Part shown: positions 28,496 through 37,532 of the stretch, one piece after another
Layout: each line of letters opens with the position of its first letter
Numbering within the stretch: the stretch's first letter is position 1
Origin: a virus
Strand: one strand, 5' to 3'
Length of the DNA stretch: 64,000 nt
Virus record (IMG/VR): IMGVR_UViG_3300032516_000014
Span: 12,396-76,395 of that record
The notes under the pieces: model-generated
Seen by the model: only the letters and a program-made list of their open reading frames with translations
Database searches by the model: none
What the model was told of the DNA's origin: nothing
Program-made: the position numbers and the translations under genes

Positions 28496-29572
28496 TTATC
28501 CACCATTACCCCCCGGCAAAGCCGAGTAACGGGGCCGCAAATACTGATAGAAAATCTGCCGATACGCTTCCGCCGAAAAATCCGTGGTCCACACGATCAA
28601 CTCGGCCAGATCCATGTCCGTCGTCGAAGGTCCGCCCGCCCCCGTGTAGCCGATCCGTTGAAACGTCTCCACCTTGCCCACATTCGCGACATAGCCCCGG
28701 TTAAGGCCGGGACCTTCAAACTGAACCAGAGAACCCGCCGAAGTCTCCTCCGCGGTCTGGGACAATATACACGCCGCCCAAACATTCTGGCGGCCTTCAA
28801 AAGCTCCCCCCGGAGCACGCGCGTTGTTGTTGATCTTGCCGTCAAAGCAATAGTTGTCGTAGGTGCCAGCATTCAAAAACTTCAACGTCATGTAGAAATT
28901 CGTCGCGCCCGTTTCCCCCAGCACCACGCTAACCGCGGCACACCGCACCACAGCAAGAGCAGTCCAGTAAATCGGTGTGGTGCCTGCCGTGCCGTTCCTC
29001 AGAATTATCGGATTCGGTCCATCGAGATACTTCTGGTTGCCACCGGCATTCCGGAAACGCACCGCGGAAGCCGTGCCCAGCGCATTAGCAACATAAACCG
29101 GCTGGTTAGCCGCCGTCGCTTGCACCCAATTGCCCCCCAGAGATCCTTCATTTGTCCACGAGGCAACAGGATCGGTATCGGCTAACACAAGCGAACTAGC
29201 CCGAAGCCAAACCACTGGCAGCGGCAACATGCTCGCAACATCAGTAATCAAACCAGGAACCGTCAACCCCGCCGCACCGTTGGCACCAGCAGCGCCGTTA
29301 GTACCGTTAGCACCAGGCGCACCGTTCGTGCCGTTGGTGCCGTTAGTGCCGGCTGCCCCAGGCAGACCGTTAGTGCCGTTGGTGCCGTTTGCACCGGGCG
29401 CCCCGTTCGCGCCGTTGGCGCCGTCAGCGCCGTCAGGACCAGCCGCACCATCAGGACCGGGAGCCCCGTCGGGCGCGCCAAGCTTCGAGAACGAACCCCC
29501 CGAGATCTCTCGCAAAATCTTCGCCAAAAGAGCGTTCTTACCGTCCCCGGTCTGGTAAACCTCGCGACTCAT
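28496..29572 (-). CDS. collagen-like fibre with C-terminal LamG/ConA-like domain (paralog 3)
   Basis: Anchor motif, GANGTNG repeats, then WLRASSL...VASWTNEG...WVQAT. Confidence 0.8.
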   Translation of the reverse strand: MSREVYQTGDGKNALLAKILREISGGSFSKLGAPDGAPGPDGAAGPDGADGANGANGAPGANGTNGTNGLPGAAGTNGTNGTNGAPGANGTNGAAGANGAAGLTVPGLITDVASMLPLPVVWLRASSLVLADTDPVASWTNEGSLGGNWVQATAANQPVYVANALGTASAVRFRNAGGNQKYLDGPNPIILRNGTAGTTPIYWTALAVVRCAAVSVVLGETGATNFYMTLKFLNAGTYDNYCFDGKINNNARAPGGAFEGRQNVWAACILSQTAEETSAGSLVQFEGPGLNRGYVANVGKVETFQRIGYTGAGGPSTTDMDLAELIVWTTDFSAEAYRQIFYQYLRPRYSALPGGNGG

Positions 29573-30645
29573 AAACCATTACCTCCAGGCAACGCCGGGT
29601 AACGCGTCCGAAAATACCCGAAGAAAAGCTGGCGCAGAATATCGGTAGGCACGTCCGTCGTCCAGGCTATCAACTCCGCCAGGTGCATGTTCTCCAAAAT
29701 CGCTTCCGTGCCGCCCCAACCCAGCCGGCCTACGTTCGCAAAACCACCGCCCCCCGAACCAAAACATCGCAGCAAGCCTGGTCCTTCGTAACTCGTCTCG
29801 TCTTTGGAAGAAGACGAAATGAATCCCGCGCGCTGATAAGTCAACATCGTCCACTCCCCGGCAGCGGCGTCATGATACTGATTTGCAAAACTAGGACCAC
29901 TCGTCAAATAAGTCGATAACGCGACTCTGTTTGACGCCGTGACATTCGTCACAAACCCGATTCGATTCGTGCTAGTCGTCCCCGTCTGTTGTCCAAGCAA
30001 AATGGTCGCATTCGACGCTTTCATTATCGCGATCACCGTGCAATACAAAGGCGATTGCCCCGACCCGGACCCCAGTAACGTCAAAGTCGCCGGAGCGTCC
30101 AGATACCGATGCACCGTATTGCCCGCATCATACAAAAACTTCACCGCCGGCTTCGTGCCAATGGCATTCGTTACGTATTCGGGTTGCTTGCCAGCGGTAG
30201 CCTGCACCCAATTTCCTCCAGCAGAACCTTCATTTGTCCACGAAGCAACCAGGTCCCCGTTATTCAAAACCAAAGAATCGGCTTTGAACCAAATCAAAGG
30301 AAGAGGCAAAAAGTCAGCGATGGCGATAACCGATCCCGTCGCCTGATTACCGTTGCTGCCGTTAGCGCCGGGCAAACCGTTCGAGCCGGCTGCGCCATTC
30401 GTGCCGTTGGTGCCGTTAGTGCCGTTTGCCCCAGGCGCACCGTTCGAGCCGTTAGTGCCATTGGTGCCGTTTGCACCGGGCGCCCCGTTCGCGCCGTTGG
30501 CGCCGTCAGCGCCGTCAGGACCAGCCGCACCATCAGGACCGGGAGCCCCAGAGATTCCAGAAAAAGACCCCGCGAGAACGGAATTCAAAATCTTCCGCAA
30601 CAGCGGATTGTTCGCGTCTCCGGTCTTGTAGGTCTGATCGCTCAC
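29569..30645 (-). CDS. collagen-like fibre with C-terminal LamG/ConA-like domain (paralog 2)
   Basis: Same architecture as its neighbours; overlapping start and stop codons. Confidence 0.8.
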   Translation of the reverse strand: MSDQTYKTGDANNPLLRKILNSVLAGSFSGISGAPGPDGAAGPDGADGANGANGAPGANGTNGTNGSNGAPGANGTNGTNGTNGAAGSNGLPGANGSNGNQATGSVIAIADFLPLPLIWFKADSLVLNNGDLVASWTNEGSAGGNWVQATAGKQPEYVTNAIGTKPAVKFLYDAGNTVHRYLDAPATLTLLGSGSGQSPLYCTVIAIMKASNATILLGQQTGTTSTNRIGFVTNVTASNRVALSTYLTSGPSFANQYHDAAAGEWTMLTYQRAGFISSSSKDETSYEGPGLLRCFGSGGGGFANVGRLGWGGTEAILENMHLAELIAWTTDVPTDILRQLFFGYFRTRYPALPGGNGL

Positions 30646-31688
30646 ACGCCGTTTCCTCCCTTGACTGACGGAAACTTCCCCCGGATATATCCATAGAAAA
30701 TCTGGCGCATCGCACTTTCATCAAGATCAAGCGACCACGCCATCAACTCGCACAAATCAAAATTCTCATTGATGCTCACCGCGCCGGAATACCCCATCCG
30801 CTGAGGCAAGAATCCAAACGCATCTCCTACGCGCCCTCGCACAAGCCCCGGCCCTTCATACACCACGTCTTGAAACGCTTTGCGCGTTATTCCGATCATC
30901 GCAAAGTCGCCAAACCGAGTTTCACACCACGACGGGGCCGAATAAGCACTCGTCTGGAGGTAATAGTTCAACGAGTAATTGTTTAAGGCACCCACGCCGT
31001 TAATCGTCAACCGATCCGCAACACCACTTGCCCCCGCCAATCCTAACACCTGGCTTTGCGCCAAGGCGCAGATAACCAAAATTATGGTTGCATTCTTCGG
31101 CAAGGTCCCGGTCGTATTGTGAAGCAACGTCACGGCTGCTCCCGCGTCCAGATATTTGTGGTTCGGATTCGCGTATCGAAATCGAACCGCGGATTGAATG
31201 CCTAGTGCATTCGTGATATACGTCGGCTTGTTATTCGCCGTAGCCTGCACCCAGTTTCCCCCGACCGAGCCCTCGTTGGTCCACGAAGCAACGGGGTCAT
31301 TATTGTTCAACACAAGCGAACTCGCCTTGAACCAAATCAACGGAGTGGGCAACACGTCCGTCAACGTCTCAATTCTTCCAGGAGCCGGAGCTCCCGCCGC
31401 ACCGTCAGAACCAGGAGCCCCGTTCGAGCCGGCTGCCCCGTCAGTGCCATTGGTGCCATTGGTGCCGTTTGCCCCAGGCGCACCGTTCGTGCCATTGGTA
31501 CCGTTGGTGCCGTTTGCACCGGGCGCCCCGTTCGTGCCATTCGAGCCGTCAGAACCAGCGCTGCCGTCAGGACCCGGCGCACCGTCAGGACCCGCCACAC
31601 CCGCAAAAGAACCTTCGTTCAACGCTGTTGCCACTTTTCGCAGCAACCTGTTGTCGGAATCACCAGTCTTTGGGACGTTATCGCTCAT
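30642..31688 (-). CDS. collagen-like fibre with C-terminal LamG/ConA-like domain (paralog 1)
   Basis: Same architecture as its neighbours. Confidence 0.8.
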   Translation of the reverse strand: MSDNVPKTGDSDNRLLRKVATALNEGSFAGVAGPDGAPGPDGSAGSDGSNGTNGAPGANGTNGTNGTNGAPGANGTNGTNGTDGAAGSNGAPGSDGAAGAPAPGRIETLTDVLPTPLIWFKASSLVLNNNDPVASWTNEGSVGGNWVQATANNKPTYITNALGIQSAVRFRYANPNHKYLDAGAAVTLLHNTTGTLPKNATIILVICALAQSQVLGLAGASGVADRLTINGVGALNNYSLNYYLQTSAYSAPSWCETRFGDFAMIGITRKAFQDVVYEGPGLVRGRVGDAFGFLPQRMGYSGAVSINENFDLCELMAWSLDLDESAMRQIFYGYIRGKFPSVKGGNGV

Positions 31689-31855
31689 TCTGCGTCACCT
31701 AAAAGCTGCAACCACTTCCGCAAAAGCACGTTTTCGCCATCGCTATCAAACGCCTGCCGGCTCACCGGAGCGCTGGGAATCACGGCCCTCAATCGCTCGA
31801 CAATCTTCCGGAGCAACTGCTGGTCTGAATCGCCTGTTTTTACCTGCGTGTCCAT
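31685..31855 (-). CDS. 56-aa protein made of two anchor motifs (below the ORF-track cutoff)
   Basis: MDTQVKTGDSDQQLLRKIVERLRAVIPSAPVSRQAFDSDGENVLLRKWLQLLGDAE; ATGA overlap with the next gene. Confidence 0.75.
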   Translation of the reverse strand: MDTQVKTGDSDQQLLRKIVERLRAVIPSAPVSRQAFDSDGENVLLRKWLQLLGDAE

Positions 31856-31860
31856 TCGAG

Positions 31861-31944
31861 AAAGGCCGCCAGAGTTGACTCTAAAGTCTTCTCCGGCGGC
31901 CAGTGAAGCGGCGCGCAGGAATCAACACCAGGGGAGCGCGCCGC
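31861..31944 (-). terminator. two hairpins after the capsid gene (terminator/attenuator-like)
   Basis: GCGGCGCGC/GCGCGCCGC and GGCCGCC/GGCGGCC stems; the second is followed by TTTCT. Confidence 0.5.
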
Positions 31945-31950
31945 GTTAGC

Positions 31951-33216
31951 TTAGAGCTGGCTAACGTGCCCGCCTTGGCCCGTCAGCGGGAGCGAGGAAG
32001 TCACGGTGCAGGGTTCGAGGCCGAGATCCGCCGTGCAGCGCTGATACAGGATCGGGATCTCGTGCTGCGGCCGAATGGGCCGATACGCACGGGTGATCTG
32101 ATACTTGTGCCAGCCGAAGTCACCGAACGGATTGCAATCGTTATCGATCACATAGTGCCAATCGAGCTCGCCCATGTGCAACTGGGGCGCGAACTTGAAC
32201 GTGCCTTCGCCCACATACTTCTCGGGCACCTGGCGCTCGTAACTGCCATCGGCGAAGAGGAAGCCCACTTCCCACGCACCGCGCAACCACGAAGGATTGT
32301 GCTTGCTGTAGGCAGTGTTCTTCGCCGCGTTGATGATGGTGATCACGGGGTCGATCAAGTTCAGTGTGCCGTCTGGCAGGAAGCCAGAAGCGCGCAAAGA
32401 ACGCTGGTCAATGCCGAACGCGATGCCGCGGTAAGCCGGGGCAGTCTCGAACGAGTAACCCTGGAGGCCCTCGCCCCCAACCTCGTAACGACCCGCTTCG
32501 GCCCACAGGAGGACTTCCTTGACACCGAGCTCCTGGCGGAACAGTTCAATTGCGGCATCGCTGCCGATGAACTTGAAGTGCGGCTGGCCTTTGTCGCTGG
32601 CAGGGAACATCTCCGCGAACAGCGCTTCTTTCAAGAAGCGAGCCACGGTATGCAGAGCCTTGAACGACAACGGACCCGTCGGCGCGACCGGCGCGAACAG
32701 AATACCGACATCGGGCTCATACCCACCAGTGAAAAGATCCTCGAACGCGTAACCCGCAGCCGCCACGAACTTGCTGGCGCTGTTCAGGTAGAGCTGGGCG
32801 CGCACATCGGAGTTGATGTATTGCGTGATCAGCTTCGCCAGAGCATCTTCAGCAGTCAGGTAAGACTGTTTGAACGCGGCGTAGCCTTGCTTGACGCACA
32901 CCCGAGGACCGAAACCACGCTTGGATTTCAGTCGGTAGGTGAATTCCACGGTGCCTGTCTTGTCCTGCAAGCCAGTCGTGCCGCAAATCTGCGTGTCGTT
33001 GACAAACGTCGGAATGGCGAGGGAATCGCCAGGAGCCGCCGGCATCTGGACCGCAGACCGAACTTCATCAGACACCCCGCTCGGGAACGTGCCGCCCCGG
33101 AGAATGTTGATGTAAGGAGAGTTGACCGCAAGTGCCTTTGCCACGGTGCCGACAAGACGTTGAGTGTCCTTCAGCGCGATGTCACTGGCCTGTGCTGGAG
33201 AGATGCAATCGCCCAT
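31951..33216 (-). CDS. major capsid protein
   Basis: 421 aa, downstream of portal and scaffold, with its own promoter, a GAAAGG SD and downstream hairpins. ATG at 33216. Confidence 0.75.
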   Translation of the reverse strand: MGDCISPAQASDIALKDTQRLVGTVAKALAVNSPYINILRGGTFPSGVSDEVRSAVQMPAAPGDSLAIPTFVNDTQICGTTGLQDKTGTVEFTYRLKSKRGFGPRVCVKQGYAAFKQSYLTAEDALAKLITQYINSDVRAQLYLNSASKFVAAAGYAFEDLFTGGYEPDVGILFAPVAPTGPLSFKALHTVARFLKEALFAEMFPASDKGQPHFKFIGSDAAIELFRQELGVKEVLLWAEAGRYEVGGEGLQGYSFETAPAYRGIAFGIDQRSLRASGFLPDGTLNLIDPVITIINAAKNTAYSKHNPSWLRGAWEVGFLFADGSYERQVPEKYVGEGTFKFAPQLHMGELDWHYVIDNDCNPFGDFGWHKYQITRAYRPIRPQHEIPILYQRCTADLGLEPCTVTSSLPLTGQGGHVSQL

Positions 33217-33342
33217 AATGGAACTGCCTTTCTTCGGGACTAACCCGAATACCGAGGGTTGCTTCAACTCCAGGCCAGCGGAGCTTAGGCCGATAGCCGC
33301 GAGGAACAAACGCGGCCGAAAATTGAGTTCCGTTCTACCCCT

Positions 33343-33370
33343 ACATTGCCGTTTTTCAGAAAATGGTCAA
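33343..33370 (-). promoter_or_regulatory. putative late promoter for the capsid gene
   Basis: TTGACC-N14-GG-CAATGT. Confidence 0.6.
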
Positions 33371-34110
33371 GCAACGTTGTCGAGTTGCCGTATCGGCACT
33401 TTGAAATACCGCTCTTGAATCGTGCGCACCCCGGCGCCCGTTTTGCTCCCGTGATAGAACACCGCGCCTCCTTGCAACAACACGTCGAGCAACCCGTGAG
33501 TGAACACTGGACCGCGCCAAAAGCTACGTATGCGCACCGAGTCGGCCTGACCCCACTTCTGGAACGTCTTCGCCATCGCCACGTCCCAGCCGCACCGCGC
33601 ATCGCAACCCCCAATCTTCACGATCTCGCGCATGAACGGCTCCGAACACGAGAACATCGCGTTGCCGTTGATGTGATGCACCACATACTGCGTGGTCAAA
33701 TGGCCCAGCACGCAAACTCCCTTCCGGTCCCACTCCTCCAACAGCTTATCCGTCCAACCGGGACAGAGCGGTATCGAGTCTCCCTCCGTCGTCAGCACCG
33801 CATCGTATTTCGGCCACAATCCGGCCACCAAACGCTCGTAAATGAAGCTCATGGTGTCAAACCAGAGCTCGTTGGGTCCGAAAGGCCAGCCCTGCGCCCG
33901 GCGCCGGCCAATAAACTCATGCACGCCGAACTTGCGCGACACGTAAGCCACCACCTTCGGGTCCGGCTTGCAGTCAAACCGAGCCGCAAACAAGACATCG
34001 ACGTTTTTGTTCAACTTCGGCTCCAGGTCCGCCCACAGCTTCGCAACCTGCATCGACAAAGGTTTGTCACCCTCGAAGAATTGCAACGCCAACAACAGCC
34101 GCGGGGTCAT
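33367..34110 (-). CDS. glycosyltransferase-like protein (GT-A, ExD motif)
   Basis: VLTTEGDSIPL, HINGNA, GWDV and FYHGSK; paralog of 34107-34844. Confidence 0.55.
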   Translation of the reverse strand: MTPRLLLALQFFEGDKPLSMQVAKLWADLEPKLNKNVDVLFAARFDCKPDPKVVAYVSRKFGVHEFIGRRRAQGWPFGPNELWFDTMSFIYERLVAGLWPKYDAVLTTEGDSIPLCPGWTDKLLEEWDRKGVCVLGHLTTQYVVHHINGNAMFSCSEPFMREIVKIGGCDARCGWDVAMAKTFQKWGQADSVRIRSFWRGPVFTHGLLDVLLQGGAVFYHGSKTGAGVRTIQERYFKVPIRQLDNVA

Positions 34111-34844
34111 GCCGCCCCCAGTCCGTAAAACGCGCGCACCGTCTGAAACCCAGCGTCCGACTTGATCCCGTGATACCACACCGCACCCCGGCCAACCAAA
34201 GACACCAACAAATCCCGATCAAAAGTCGGGTGCCTCCAGTAGCTTCGGATCAGCTCCGTGTTCGCCCAGCCCCACGCCTCGAAGAACGGGGCCAGGGTAA
34301 TGTCGAACCCCGCAAACTGCCACTTCGACCGATCCGCCAACCGCTCCAAGACTGCGCGCAAAAAGGGCTCCTCGCAACTCAGCATCGCGCTTCCGTTTAT
34401 GTGCCGAGGATTCTCAATCAAGTGCCCCAACACGAAAACCCTCTTGCGCTCCCACTCTTCCAGCAGACGATCCGTCCACCCGCGCACCAAAGGAATGCTA
34501 TCGGCCTCCGCCGGAAACACCGCCGCGTAGTCGCGCCTCTTGGGGCCTGACACCTGATAAATATGCGCGTAGGTCCACTGCAATACCGCCAACCAAACCC
34601 CCGTGCATCCACCAGGCCACCCTACCGCGCGCTGCCAGCCCCGCACGCTCGCCGTCCGAAACTTCCGCGACACGTAAGCTACCGTCGCTGGATCTGCCTC
34701 ACAATCGAACCGGGAGGCAAACAAAACCTCCGTGTTCTCGTTGAACAGCGGCTCCAGATCCGCCATGCACCGGGCCAGCTTCATCGCATGCTCCCGGTCG
34801 TCCGGGCAAAACTGCACTGCGACAAGCAGACGAGGAGCGCTCAT
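34107..34844 (-). CDS. glycosyltransferase-like protein (GT-A, ExD motif)
   Basis: PAEADSIPL, HINGSA and WYHGIK. Confidence 0.55.
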   Translation of the reverse strand: MSAPRLLVAVQFCPDDREHAMKLARCMADLEPLFNENTEVLFASRFDCEADPATVAYVSRKFRTASVRGWQRAVGWPGGCTGVWLAVLQWTYAHIYQVSGPKRRDYAAVFPAEADSIPLVRGWTDRLLEEWERKRVFVLGHLIENPRHINGSAMLSCEEPFLRAVLERLADRSKWQFAGFDITLAPFFEAWGWANTELIRSYWRHPTFDRDLLVSLVGRGAVWYHGIKSDAGFQTVRAFYGLGAA

Positions 34845-35863
34845 AACGACTTCGGCCCAAAACAATACGTGCCCAGGTGCCCGAGCACCAAGCCCATGTC
34901 GATAAACGGCTGGTGCCCCGCCTGGGCGGCGCGAATACAGAAAGTCACATCCTCGCCTTGCCCCAGGTAATTCGAGGCCCGCGACTGCTTCTTCCCTCTC
35001 TCCAACAATGCCAGCGCCTCAGCCACTCGCACTAGCGGGTCTTTCCTGTCGTCCTCCAGCACCCCCTTCGCCGCTGCGGCCGCTTGAACGAGGTCATGCT
35101 CTGACGGTGTAAAGAAGTTCCACGCCTCGTCGCCCCCTCGCGGCGCAAGCTCTGGAAACTTCGCCTGGATGTCCTCATAAACCGACCGGTGCACCAACAG
35201 GCAGCCGGTCGCGATCCAGCGAGTCGGTTTCACCGTGTCATGCGGTCCCGACCGCGCAAAGGCCTCCTCCGACTGGTTCGCGATCCCCTCGCAATACATC
35301 GGCTTGCCTCCAACGTGCCGCCCAAAATACAATCCGCCCACCACGGTTTTGTTGTGTTTCTTCAAACGGTTGATCGCGTGCAACCCGGCAAACTGCTCCG
35401 GGAAATTGAAACCCGTCACACTGTTGAACCAGGTAGCATTCCCCCACGGCAACACCATGTCGTCGTCGATCCAAAGGCTCCAATCAAAGCCGGATTCAAG
35501 AAACTGCGTGGCCAGCGTGTTCCGAGAATGGATGATGAACGCATCGCCGAAATTCAGCATGACCGACATCTTGGCCCGGTCCAACAGCGCTGCGATCGAA
35601 AAAGAAGTCAACGGATTCGTGGCCTTGTAAAAAGGCAACAGCAGGGCGACATCCTTGCTGTCCCAGTTAGCCCGCTCGTTCTGCACGAGCTCAGCCATCA
35701 GCGGCGCTTTCACCACCCGCTCAATCGCAGACAACGAAATCGGCTTGGAGCCATTCTTCCACTGCCGCAAGAGCAGCTCTGAAACGCCGAAGAACGCCGC
35801 CGCTTCAGCAGCGTCCGCCATCCCGTCAATCTTGCGAATGACGCAATCCGTGAGGTAAGACAT
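34841..35863 (-). CDS. HTH domain fused to a GT2-like glycosyltransferase
   Basis: AAEAAAFFGVSELLLRQWKNG HTH; SRNTLA, LWIDDD, ATGCLLVHRSV and GEDVTFC GT2 motifs. Confidence 0.75.
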   Translation of the reverse strand: MSYLTDCVIRKIDGMADAAEAAAFFGVSELLLRQWKNGSKPISLSAIERVVKAPLMAELVQNERANWDSKDVALLLPFYKATNPLTSFSIAALLDRAKMSVMLNFGDAFIIHSRNTLATQFLESGFDWSLWIDDDMVLPWGNATWFNSVTGFNFPEQFAGLHAINRLKKHNKTVVGGLYFGRHVGGKPMYCEGIANQSEEAFARSGPHDTVKPTRWIATGCLLVHRSVYEDIQAKFPELAPRGGDEAWNFFTPSEHDLVQAAAAAKGVLEDDRKDPLVRVAEALALLERGKKQSRASNYLGQGEDVTFCIRAAQAGHQPFIDMGLVLGHLGTYCFGPKSL

Positions 35864-35867
35864 AGAC

Positions 35868-37148
35868 TTAGCTCCCGGTTTGCGACGCTCGCAGTGCGTC
35901 CAGGGCCGCATCCCCCCGCATCAGGATGCTCTGCCGAGGCGCGGGCGACTGCCCCGCTGGAGGAGCGTGCCCGGTTCGAGCCACCGAGGAAGACTTTTTG
36001 ATCTTCTCCAGCTCCGTCTCCGCCTTGGTCGCACGCGCTTCCACTTCCTTGTAAGCCGCCGAAACGGCCTCCAGCTCCATCTTTCTGCGAAAGGCCTGCA
36101 CAGTGCCCAGGATCAACAGCGCCTTCGTCTGCGGCGTGTTGTCGGTCAAGAAATCCTTGACCGCTCCCTGCATTTCGACGACGAACTTATTATGCTGCTC
36201 CGCAGAAACGCGCTCCTCCGGCTTTGCCGCTGCCGCTACCGCACGTGGCTTGAGCCATTCGAGCTGGGACAAATGCGCCTCCGTCGCCTTCTGCACGTCC
36301 GTCGCCCAGTGCGTGCGCTCCTGCTCCTGCACGTCCCTGCGCTGCTTCAGAAACACGTCGGCGTTCTGCTTCGCTTCTTCGAGCGCGCGCGCCTTCGCAA
36401 TCCCCACGCTCTCGATCTCGACCAACTTCGAGTCGATAAACCGTCGAGCTGCCGTTGGCAAGTGCTCCTGTAACGGGTCCCAATCCACCTTCGCCGGGCC
36501 GCCAAGATTCTTGATCTTGTCGATGTTCTCTTTCGACATCCCCACTTGCTCCAACTTCGTGTAAACCGCCTGCTCGGCGTCCACAACCTTCGTGTCAAAG
36601 TTAGTCTTGAAATAGTCGTCGGTTTGAACCAAGATAGTTTTCTCCAGCTTCGCCAGCCGGTCAAACTCCGCCTTCTGCTCCGGCGTCATGGCCTGGGAAG
36701 CCTTCGACTTCGCGTCCTCCAACGACTTCTGCGCCTCCGCGAGAGCTGCCTCCCGCTCTTGCAGCTTGGTCCGCGCAGCACTCTTCAGAGCCGCGAAACT
36801 TTCAGCAGTCTTGGGCTTGGTGTGCTGGGGCAATTGATACTCGTCCATCCAGTCAGGCGGTGATGCAGGAGGCGAACCCGGTGTAGGTGGGACAGGGGGA
36901 ACGACAGGAACGGGCGCCGTCGGAGGTTCGAGCGGAACGGGGGGCGCCGGAGGCGAGACTGGAACAACGGGCACTGGAGGTTCGGCCGGCTCGGGGAGTT
37001 CCACAGGCTCGACGGAAGGAGCGCCGCCGGCAGGGTCCGGCGTAACTTCGGCAAACAGCTTATCCAGCGCGTCGCCGCCACGACCGCTCTTGATGGAGGC
37101 CAGCGGAGTCGCAGTATTCGGATCAGGGGTTTTGACAGGATCAGGCAT
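35868..37148 (-). CDS. putative capsid scaffolding protein
   Basis: Pro-rich N-terminus and long coiled coil, between portal and capsid. Confidence 0.6.
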   Translation of the reverse strand: MPDPVKTPDPNTATPLASIKSGRGGDALDKLFAEVTPDPAGGAPSVEPVELPEPAEPPVPVVPVSPPAPPVPLEPPTAPVPVVPPVPPTPGSPPASPPDWMDEYQLPQHTKPKTAESFAALKSAARTKLQEREAALAEAQKSLEDAKSKASQAMTPEQKAEFDRLAKLEKTILVQTDDYFKTNFDTKVVDAEQAVYTKLEQVGMSKENIDKIKNLGGPAKVDWDPLQEHLPTAARRFIDSKLVEIESVGIAKARALEEAKQNADVFLKQRRDVQEQERTHWATDVQKATEAHLSQLEWLKPRAVAAAAKPEERVSAEQHNKFVVEMQGAVKDFLTDNTPQTKALLILGTVQAFRRKMELEAVSAAYKEVEARATKAETELEKIKKSSSVARTGHAPPAGQSPAPRQSILMRGDAALDALRASQTGS

Positions 37149-37166
37149 AGGCTTGACAGGTTAGAA

Positions 37167-37532
37167 TTAACTGGTCGGATTATCCGGGTGAGTAACAGCA
37201 ACATCGGCTTCATCAGGCGATTGAGGCAACGTCGGCACTGGAGGAGGAGAAGGCCATTTCGAGTCGTCGTCGAGCGAAGCATACTGGATCGAGGTCTCCG
37301 GGGCCTTCGACTCTTCGACGGTGAGCGAAACCAGGTTCTCCAGGAAAAGCTCGTATCCCGCCACCACACCCGCGTTGGTGAGCCGGGAAGCGATCGAGCC
37401 CTGGCGCGTGAGGTCGGGCCGCATCGCGTGCGTATGCAACAGGGCTTCCTGAAGGACGGAGTTCTCAAGCAGCTCGCGTAACGCGATCGCTTTGTCGGAA
37501 GTCCAGAGCCCTAGTTTCTTGAAGACGATCAT
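37167..37532 (-). CDS. hypothetical head-associated protein
   Basis: ATGA-coupled to the portal stop. Confidence 0.65.
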   Translation of the reverse strand: MIVFKKLGLWTSDKAIALRELLENSVLQEALLHTHAMRPDLTRQGSIASRLTNAGVVAGYELFLENLVSLTVEESKAPETSIQYASLDDDSKWPSPPPVPTLPQSPDEADVAVTHPDNPTS

